Positions 8,669-14,661 of a stretch of DNA of 38,965 bases are shown here, in pieces (within the stretch, counting starts at the first letter, position 1; each line of letters begins with the position of its first letter). The stretch lies in the IMG/VR virus record IMGVR_UViG_3300029481_000019, one strand, 5' to 3'. The notes beneath the pieces were generated by a model. That model saw only the letters and a program-made list of their open reading frames with translations, made no database searches and was not told where the DNA came from. The DNA comes from a virus. The position numbers and the translations under genes were made by a program.

Positions 8669-9496
8669 CTAGATACATTGATCGATTACGGCTTTGCCGC
8701 GTAACTGGTCGACCCACTTCGGCGGGATTGCCCCAAAACCGTAATACACGCCCGCGATAGCACCCGCGACAGCAGCCGTAGTATCGGTGTCGTCGCCTAA
8801 ATTGACGGCTGCGAGCACACAATCAGTATATGAGAACGTATTTAAAAAACACCAGAGCGCGGCCTCGAGCGTATGCTCGCAGTAGCCGTCGTTTTTGACT
8901 GCCTCGACAGGCCTCGATGCGATGTACCCGTATCTATGCCAGAGGTCGCCCTTCGCCGGCGTGCCGACATTGCGGATAGTCCGCAACATATCACACAGCG
9001 TTACACATGACCACTCGGCCACTGGGTGCGCATGCGTAATTGCCGAGACATCGCGTATATCATAGGGTTCGATGGGGTCGAGCATGGCGAGCGGTGCCGT
9101 CCTCATGAGCGAGCCGTTGCCGCAGTCGTCATATGACTTAGCAGGCACGCCTGTCGAAATAGCCCTCTTGCATGTCACGCCGACATCGAATACACGCCCA
9201 TCACACGTGTAGTCACCGTGCTCCAGCCATTGACGGAACCTGTAGGCGATGTCAGCCGTGTCGATGATTCCGAGCCGCTTGATGCTCGCGCATATGCACA
9301 AGGCCATCGACGTGTCGTCAGACCACGTGCCGGCATACTGCCCGTGCGTGCCGCCGTCGACCATGCCGGTGCATTCGAACGTGCCTCGCTCACGAAACTC
9401 ATATGGCACGCCGAGGGCGTCGCCGACTGCGAGCCCGTATATGCACGAGCGCATACGGTCCCTGTCGTATGATACGCAGTTATATATTGTCGACAT
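8669..9496 (-). CDS. ADP-ribosylglycohydrolase (ARH/DraG family)
   Basis: Starts MSTIYNCVSYD with a GAAGGAGGTG RBS. The N-terminal GLAVGDALGVPYEF motif and size (~276 aa) fit the ARH family. Confidence 0.8.
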   Translation of the reverse strand: MSTIYNCVSYDRDRMRSCIYGLAVGDALGVPYEFRERGTFECTGMVDGGTHGQYAGTWSDDTSMALCICASIKRLGIIDTADIAYRFRQWLEHGDYTCDGRVFDVGVTCKRAISTGVPAKSYDDCGNGSLMRTAPLAMLDPIEPYDIRDVSAITHAHPVAEWSCVTLCDMLRTIRNVGTPAKGDLWHRYGYIASRPVEAVKNDGYCEHTLEAALWCFLNTFSYTDCVLAAVNLGDDTDTTAAVAGAIAGVYYGFGAIPPKWVDQLRGKAVIDQCI

Positions 9497-9674
9497 AACG
9501 CACCTCCTTCGCCTCGTACTCGCCGACAGTACCGTCGGCGAACTCGACGAGCCCGACGGGTTTCTGGTTGTTCCCGAGGAAACCGCCACGCTGGAACCAC
9601 CCGATCAAGCTGCCGCCGTGCCCGTGCACAGTGACAGGCCTCCGCTCCATGGCCACGATCACTTCGACCTGCAT
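9480..9674 (-). CDS. small hypothetical protein
   Basis: 64-aa ORF translationally coupled (TGATG) to the upstream MazG-like gene. Confidence 0.4.
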   Translation of the reverse strand: MQVEVIVAMERRPVTVHGHGGSLIGWFQRGGFLGNNQKPVGLVEFADGTVGEYEAKEVRYVDNI

Positions 9675-9958
9675 CAATACCTACCCCTCTTCATGTTTCG
9701 TTTCTCGCAACGTGCCATCAGCTCCGACATATCATCGATGCCGACCGATGCAACACAGTTGACGACTGCTTGGATCACATCTGCGGCCTTGTCGAGCATC
9801 TTGTCGCGCGCCTTCGCCGAATACCTCTGGTTGTCACGGCGCTGTATCCAGAAACGCCATGCGACGAAGAACTCCGCCGCTTCCTCGAGCGGCCTCGTGA
9901 ATTGCTGCCGATCGTCTGCGTAGACATATTTGAACGGCTTCACATCACCGATTAGCAT
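9674..9958 (-). CDS. MazG-like all-alpha NTP pyrophosphohydrolase (paralog of 8354-8656)
   Basis: 94 aa with PLEEAAEFFVAW ... DVIQAVVNCV ... KRNMKRGRY. Confidence 0.5.
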   Translation of the reverse strand: MLIGDVKPFKYVYADDRQQFTRPLEEAAEFFVAWRFWIQRRDNQRYSAKARDKMLDKAADVIQAVVNCVASVGIDDMSELMARCEKRNMKRGRY

Positions 9959-9971
9959 GATGCCTCCCTCC

Positions 9972-10142
9972 TCATCGGTCTCTGACCATATACTCGATGC
10001 ACATGCCGAGCAGGGGCAGGGACAGGAACGCGTACTCGCCGCCTACGGCGAAATAGCCCCTGTCTGCGAACGCGTACGCCGCGGCGACGGCCGTGGCGGC
10101 TATCCCTACAACCGTCAATGCAGTGTAGACGAAATCGCGCAT
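9972..10142 (-). CDS. small hydrophobic (membrane) peptide, ~56 aa
   Basis: Not in the ORF track because it is under 60 aa. ATG preceded by GGGAGGA. Sequence MRDFVYTALTVVGIAATAVAAAYAFADRGYFAVGGEYAFLSLPLLGMCIEYMVRDR, with the stop overlapping the next start. Confidence 0.35.
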   Translation of the reverse strand: MRDFVYTALTVVGIAATAVAAAYAFADRGYFAVGGEYAFLSLPLLGMCIEYMVRDR

Positions 10143-10144
10143 CG

Positions 10145-10426
10145 TTAGTCCTCCCGTTGGAAACTGTCGTAATCTTCACTGACGGCACGTGCCCTGATGC
10201 ATGCCTCGTCGCATGTACGCGCCAAGACGCTGATCGCATCACCATCTGGACATTTAGCCCTCCACAGCACGAACGGCGTGCCATAGTCGATGATGCACGC
10301 CTTCCAGCCATGTTCGCGGTAACGCTTTGCCGTTGCGGCCGCGTCGTCGTAACTCCATTCCGGGATGTCGAACGGCTCGGCATCCTCGTCCTCCGGCGGC
10401 ATGACGAAAACGATATATTCGGGCAT
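10145..10426 (-). CDS. acidic hypothetical protein
   Basis: 93-aa ORF preceded by the conserved promoter-leader cassette. Confidence 0.5.
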   Translation of the reverse strand: MPEYIVFVMPPEDEDAEPFDIPEWSYDDAAATAKRYREHGWKACIIDYGTPFVLWRAKCPDGDAISVLARTCDEACIRARAVSEDYDSFQRED

Positions 10427-10470
10427 TTGTTCCTCCTTCTGGTTGACAAAGTCATTATACTACTTTCAAT
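10427..10470 (-). promoter_or_regulatory. Conserved promoter-leader cassette, copy 1 (minus strand): TAGTATAAT GACTTTGTCAACCAGAAGGAGGAACAA ATG
   Basis: Perfect -10 TATAAT and a shared TTGTCAACCA box with GGAGG RBS, about 27 nt before the ATG. The same cassette recurs at ~12044-12085 (minus) and ~12175-12212 (plus). Confidence 0.45.
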
Positions 10471-10719
10471 GCACCGATATTTCGATAAATTGAAAGTATT
10501 TTCGAACTACTTTAACGTTCTTGTGGATCGATGATATCTGCCAGCTTATCGAATAGCTCATAAATAGGCATATCCATCTCGTCTATGCCGTTGACACCGA
10601 AAGCCATGAGCACACTGTCATTGAATAAGTAATCCGGCGCATTGAAAATAACACTATCCTTGCGATAGTCATGTCAGTAATCGGCTTCGATACGCAGGCG
10701 CTTGGCTATCTCTTTCGTA

Positions 10720-11004
10720 TCAGTGATCATTTTGCTGCAGATCCTCTCCACACCACGGGCAATATCGCGGGATCGTCTCTATCTCGTCCCAATTCGTGAT
10801 GTACGTGTCGTCGTGCTCGAAGTGCGACACGCGGAAGACGAGGTCGCACCGGTGACAATGGACGGCATCGACAGGGTTGCATTCGCTTATAATCGCGACA
10901 TCGTCCAAATCAGTCATTTTGCGTGGCTTCCACTTCTGATGTGACGGAGTCGCCCCACACGTCGGGCAGTCGACACCCCTTATGAATCTGACTCTCCTAG
11001 GCAT
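10720..11004 (-). CDS. zinc-ribbon protein (CPTCG ... CHRCD ... CPWCG)
   Basis: 94 aa starting MPRRVRF with a GGAGG RBS. The track ORF 10720-11295 is longer only through an alternative-frame N-extension. Confidence 0.5.
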   Translation of the reverse strand: MPRRVRFIRGVDCPTCGATPSHQKWKPRKMTDLDDVAIISECNPVDAVHCHRCDLVFRVSHFEHDDTYITNWDEIETIPRYCPWCGEDLQQNDH

Positions 11005-11839
11005 CGGTAACCTCCGCCCCACACTCGATATCATCGACATGGTCGAGGTCGACGACCACCTCGCCGACGACTTCACCGTCGACTTCGACATCGGCGCCCT
11101 CATGCTGTAGGCGCTTCTCGACTTCGGCCATGAACTCAACGGCCTTCTCGGCATACACGCCGACCGTGGGCTCGCCGGCGAACAGGCGCTCGTCATAGCA
11201 GCGCTGCGCACGGCGGTTGCCGATCTTGAACAGGTACTCGAACGTGAGCTCAGCCGCGCCGGCCATGTACAGGTCGCCGGTGAAGACGATCTCATGCTTG
11301 TCGACTTCCATGCCTACACCGAAGTATGCCGACACGGTATCGGCCAAGTCGTAACGCCAGTGCTTGCGGCTGCCGACTGTCGTGTGCTCAGAGCGGGTAC
11401 CCTCGTCGCCGTTGGCCGCCCTGGCCTCGCGTGCGGCGTCATACACCTGCACGGCCTTGTCGATCAGCTGGAACTCATCAATGCCCTTCGTGCGGCGGTC
11501 ACGGAGGTTGGCGGTGATCGCCTGGCGGAAGCCGGCGTAATCGACAGGTGCGTCCTCGATGATCACGTCGCCGGTCTCGCCGTACTTGAACTTCTTGCCA
11601 CCGTCTTCGGGCTCGCCCTCGGCCTTGGTGAGATCGATATGCACGACCTGGCCGTCGAGGCAGAACATGTCGCGGAAGTCCTTCGTGACCGTGAGGGCAT
11701 CGTCCTTCTTGGCGATGACGCCCTTGCGGTAGAGCGACGGGAACGGGTTCGCCGGCATCTCGACTAGCACGCCCTTCTTGTCGATCGCGCACTCGTTGAT
11801 GAAACCGAGCTCTTTCTCGGTGAACGTTACCTCTGCCAT
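10997..11839 (-). CDS. hypothetical protein, 280 aa
   Basis: Starts MAEVTFTEKE with an AAAGGAAAC RBS. No family recognised. Confidence 0.55.
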   Translation of the reverse strand: MAEVTFTEKELGFINECAIDKKGVLVEMPANPFPSLYRKGVIAKKDDALTVTKDFRDMFCLDGQVVHIDLTKAEGEPEDGGKKFKYGETGDVIIEDAPVDYAGFRQAITANLRDRRTKGIDEFQLIDKAVQVYDAAREARAANGDEGTRSEHTTVGSRKHWRYDLADTVSAYFGVGMEVDKHEIVFTGDLYMAGAAELTFEYLFKIGNRRAQRCYDERLFAGEPTVGVYAEKAVEFMAEVEKRLQHEGADVEVDGEVVGEVVVDLDHVDDIECGAEVTDA

Positions 11840-11854
11840 GGTGTTTCCTTTCAT

Positions 11855-12043
11855 TTAGTGGATGAGCAGTTCGATGCGATCGAGTGCCGCATCCATAGAA
11901 CCGTATACACCGCGGAACGACTCGAAACCAAAATCGGGGTCGATCTCGGCGAGGAACATCTTGCCGCAAGTCTCGTCGCGGCGGATAACGAACGTGCGCT
12001 CGTAACCGAACTGGTCCTGCTTGGTGATCTTGATGGGCTTCAT
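11855..12043 (-). CDS. small hypothetical protein (MKPIKITKQ...)
   Basis: 62 aa, preceded by GAAGGAGGAG RBS and the conserved leader cassette. Confidence 0.45.
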   Translation of the reverse strand: MKPIKITKQDQFGYERTFVIRRDETCGKMFLAEIDPDFGFESFRGVYGSMDAALDRIELLIH

Positions 12044-12085
12044 TTTGCTCCTCCTTCTGGTTGACAAGGTCATTATCCCACGTGC
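12044..12085 (-). promoter_or_regulatory. Conserved promoter-leader cassette, copy 2 (minus strand; -10 GGATAAT, TTGTCAACCAGAAGGAGG)
   Basis: Near-identical to copy 1. Divergent from the plus-strand copy ~100 bp away. Confidence 0.4.
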
Positions 12086-12149
12086 ATGTACTCGTGTACA
12101 TACTTATTTTCAAAATAATCAAAAAACTTTTCGACGAATTTGAAAATAG

Positions 12150-12212
12150 CTATGTGCTTTCAGGTAGTTACCGGGTAATATAATCTTGTCAACCACGAGG
12201 AAGGGAAACATC
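12150..12212 (+). promoter_or_regulatory. Conserved promoter-leader cassette, copy 3 (plus strand): GGGTAATATAAT CTTGTCAACCACGAGGAAGGGAAACATC ATG
   Basis: Same TATAAT + TTGTCAACCA + RBS architecture, driving the opposite-strand gene 12213-12458. Confidence 0.45.
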
Positions 12213-12458
12213 ATGACTAAGACTTTCGACGACGCCATCAAGCTCGAGCGCATCGCTTTCAAGCAGCCGTTTAATGAGGCATACGAGATCATCGGTTGCG
12301 GCCGTCGCGTGAAGATCGTCCTCGACGATAATTGCGTGCACTACTGCCGCTTCAAGGCCACCAACCGTGGCGCATGGAAACTGATCTGCCGCAAAGAGTT
12401 CGAGAATGTGAACAAGCAGCTTTGCATCAAGAACGCACTCAAGTGGGTCAACGCCTAA
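12213..12458 (+). CDS. opposite-strand small basic protein, 81 aa, Cys-containing (possible DNA-binding regulator)
   Basis: One of only two credible plus-strand genes. It has GAGGAAGGG RBS, lower GC than its surroundings, sequence MTKTFDDAIKLERIAFKQ...CGRRVKIVLDDNCVHYCRFKATNRGAWKLICRK, and is followed by a bidirectional terminator. Confidence 0.55.
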   Translation: MTKTFDDAIKLERIAFKQPFNEAYEIIGCGRRVKIVLDDNCVHYCRFKATNRGAWKLICRKEFENVNKQLCIKNALKWVNA

Positions 12459-12479
12459 TAACATTACGTGTGATAAAAT

Positions 12480-12560
12480 AGGAAGTGCGGTTTTGGGCCA
12501 CCGCACCTTCCTCCTTTGTGAGGAGAACGCCCCAGATGCAATTGAGCGTCTGGGGCGTTC
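12480..12560. terminator. Bidirectional terminator pair (two adjacent ~11-12-bp GC-rich hairpins) between convergent plus gene 12213-12458 and the minus-strand dCMP deaminase operon.
   Basis: Hairpin 1 is AGGAAGTGCGG...CCGCACCTTCCT; hairpin 2 is GAACGCCCCAGA...TCTGGGGCGTTC followed by TTCTATTTACT. U-tracts are present in both orientations. Confidence 0.6.
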
Positions 12561-12569
12561 TTCTATTTA

Positions 12570-12995
12570 CTATGCACTTGTGACGACATCGACACCGGCG
12601 TTGTCTATCATGCGCGTGCACACGGGGCATGGTGAGATCTCATCAGCCGAGATGCGCTCGCCTGTCTCGAAGTCGACGCCAGCCAAGTACAGCGTCGCGC
12701 CGATCATCTCAGAGCGTGAGGCCGACAACATGGCGTTCATCTCGGCGTGTACCGCCGGGCATGAGCCGTAATCGCCGTCGTTATGCCCGTGCCCGCAGCG
12801 ATGGCATATACCTGTATCGATGCAGTTGACATCACCGCGCGCGGCGCCGTTATAGCCTGTCGCGATGATCTCATCATTGGCCACGATTACGGCGCCGTAG
12901 CGACGGCGCAGGCACGTCGACCTGGCCGCCACCGCGAGTGCGATGTCGAGGTAATACTCGGCTTTACTAGGCCTCTCCGGTCGATCCGAAAGCAC
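12570..12995 (-). CDS. dCMP deaminase (zinc-dependent CMP/dCMP deaminase family)
   Basis: HAEMNA and PCPVC zinc-ligand motifs. Probable GTG start with GAGGAGAGGGG RBS, overlapping the dUTPase 3' end; the track ORF extends to 13028. Confidence 0.75.
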   Translation of the reverse strand: MLSDRPERPSKAEYYLDIALAVAARSTCLRRRYGAVIVANDEIIATGYNGAARGDVNCIDTGICHRCGHGHNDGDYGSCPAVHAEMNAMLSASRSEMIGATLYLAGVDFETGERISADEISPCPVCTRMIDNAGVDVVTSA

Positions 12996-13386
12996 CGTCG
13001 CCCCTCTCCTCGCCCAACTGCTCGACAAAGTCGGCCAACACGATCGGCATGACGACGAGCTGGCCGATGCGGGTGCCGCCGGGGACCTTCTTCAGTTTGT
13101 CGGTTAGGTTGGTGACGATCGCATGCACCTCACCGGTATAGCCGGAGTCGATCGGCGGCAGCTCGCAGACGAGGCCTTCGAGGCTCATGCCCGATCTGGG
13201 GAACACGCAGGCCATGACGCCGTCGGGCAGCTCGAGCGAGAAGCCTAGCGGGATGCGACGGGTCTCGTGCGGCTTCAGGGTCTCACCGAAAGTGGTGTAG
13301 ACGTCGGCGCCGGCGTCGTTATAATGCGCACGGACCGGGAGCTTGATGTCGGTATCCTCGGCGATACGGTTGATTTTAATCTTCAT
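12967..13386 (-). CDS. dut: dUTPase (trimeric dUTP pyrophosphatase family)
   Basis: All five dUTPase motifs are present: AGADV, PRSG, PPIDSGYTGEV, RIGQLV, RGDGAFGSTG. Confidence 0.85.
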   Translation of the reverse strand: MKIKINRIAEDTDIKLPVRAHYNDAGADVYTTFGETLKPHETRRIPLGFSLELPDGVMACVFPRSGMSLEGLVCELPPIDSGYTGEVHAIVTNLTDKLKKVPGGTRIGQLVVMPIVLADFVEQLGEERGDGAFGSTGEA

Positions 13387-14194
13387 CCTTTACCTCCGTG
13401 ACGATGGCGTTATTAAGGCAATATTTAGTGACAGTGTGCCTCGGCGTATCGGACGACATGGTGATGCGTTCGATCTCCGAGATATGGGTCAAAAACTTCT
13501 CGATGTCGAACTTGAGGTGCAGCGCCGCCTGCTTGCAGCACCAGACTTCGCGGACGCGGTCGATGTCCTTCTCATATGCATGGAGCGACACAGTGAAATG
13601 CGTATACTTGCCGTAGCCGACGCCGAGCTCGTTCGCGATGTGCTTCTGCAGCTCCGTGAAGAACACGACATCGTAGGGCGTGCCGAGCCATACGTCGTTG
13701 GAACGCATGATGCCGGTGCAGTCGAGCTTGCCCCCGCGGAGCTCGAACACGAGTGCGATAGTGCAGATCTCGTCTTTTGTCTCGAATCGCTCTGGGTTCG
13801 GCACATTGAAATTGATGACTGCGCGTCGTGAATACGGGTCACGCTTGAGCGTGTCGATGACCTGCGCGACCTGGTCGAAGCCATAGCGGTTGAACACGAT
13901 AGCGCCGTACGCAGATCGGTTCGTCACGCCATCGTCGCTGATGTGCTTCCAAAATGACGAGAACTTCGAGATGAACTCGACATCTTCGCGGCCGGTGAAA
14001 TACCATGCGAGCTCGCCCAACATATACGAAAGCGAGTAACCCATGCGGGCCGTCGCGATGTTGTCGGTGATGTCGAGCAGCGTGAAACCGCTGTTGAGCA
14101 GTTCTTTGGTGCCAGCTACCTCCTGGCCCTGCACCGATATTTTGCCGCAGAGTTGGCGGTAGATGTCGTTCATCGACTTGCCTACAACATGCAT
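13376..14194 (-). CDS. thymidylate-synthase-family pyrimidine C5-modifying enzyme, predicted dCMP-specific (dCMP hydroxymethylase or dCMP methyltransferase rather than a canonical ThyA)
   Basis: It aligns by eye to ThyA: ELAWYFTG ~ ELLWFLQG, DPYSRRAVINFNVPNP ~ DPDSRRIIVSAWN, catalytic Cys in EICTIA ~ APCHAF, and RSNDVWLGTPYDVVFF ~ RSCDVFLGLPFNIASY. The residue equivalent to ThyA Asn177 is Asp, the substitution that switches specificity from dUMP to dCMP (as in T4 gp42). His147 is also replaced. Confidence 0.7.
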   Translation of the reverse strand: MHVVGKSMNDIYRQLCGKISVQGQEVAGTKELLNSGFTLLDITDNIATARMGYSLSYMLGELAWYFTGREDVEFISKFSSFWKHISDDGVTNRSAYGAIVFNRYGFDQVAQVIDTLKRDPYSRRAVINFNVPNPERFETKDEICTIALVFELRGGKLDCTGIMRSNDVWLGTPYDVVFFTELQKHIANELGVGYGKYTHFTVSLHAYEKDIDRVREVWCCKQAALHLKFDIEKFLTHISEIERITMSSDTPRHTVTKYCLNNAIVTEVKDED

Positions 14195-14658
14195 TTCAGC
14201 ACCTCTTTCATGGCAGTCGCCGGGTTGTTGTCTTCGAGCACAATCGCGGCGTCGTGTGCCTCAGCCCACTCCTGGTAACGCTTGTAGATCTCGACGATGT
14301 TCGGGCAGACGACATCGGCGTACTCGTCGCCGCGTTCGTTCAGGCGGCCGATGACGACATGGAGCGGGGGCAAAAGCACGATGATCGGGATACGCGCGAA
14401 CTCGCAGAACTCCGTCAATTCCTCCGCATTGTCATTATTGATACGCGGCTCGCGGCCGAACAGGTCGGAATACACTTGCTCCGACACCCAGCAGCGGTCG
14501 ATAATGACACCGTCGCATGCGAGCTTCTGCAGATACTCCGGCATAGACTGGCCGCCGTTGGCGGTCATTTTCAGAATGTTCATGTCGAGTGCTCCGGCCA
14601 ATGACTTCGCGAGCGTGGACTTGCCGGCGCCGTCAGGGCCTTCGATGATGATGGGCAT
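14182..14658 (-). CDS. deoxynucleoside monophosphate kinase (thymidylate-kinase-like P-loop kinase)
   Basis: MPIIIEGPDGAGKSTLAKSL P-loop, ~158 aa, adjacent to the TS-family gene and analogous in position to T4 gp1. Confidence 0.6.
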   Translation of the reverse strand: MPIIIEGPDGAGKSTLAKSLAGALDMNILKMTANGGQSMPEYLQKLACDGVIIDRCWVSEQVYSDLFGREPRINNDNAEELTEFCEFARIPIIVLLPPLHVVIGRLNERGDEYADVVCPNIVEIYKRYQEWAEAHDAAIVLEDNNPATAMKEVLKCML

Positions 14659-14661
14659 GGT

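Noticed and set aside
9952-10455. 167-aa minus-strand ORF
   Set aside because: This is an alternative frame spanning two better-supported genes (9972-10142 and 10145-10426). Its translation is Arg-rich junk.
11499-12122. 207-aa minus-strand ORF
   Set aside because: This Arg/Pro-rich alternative frame overlaps 10997-11839 and 11855-12043, which have proper RBSs.
12186-12212. Upstream ATG start (MSTTRKGNI…) for the plus-strand gene
   Set aside because: The conserved leader cassette places the RBS GAGGAAGGG directly before the ATG at 12213, and the earlier ATG has no RBS.
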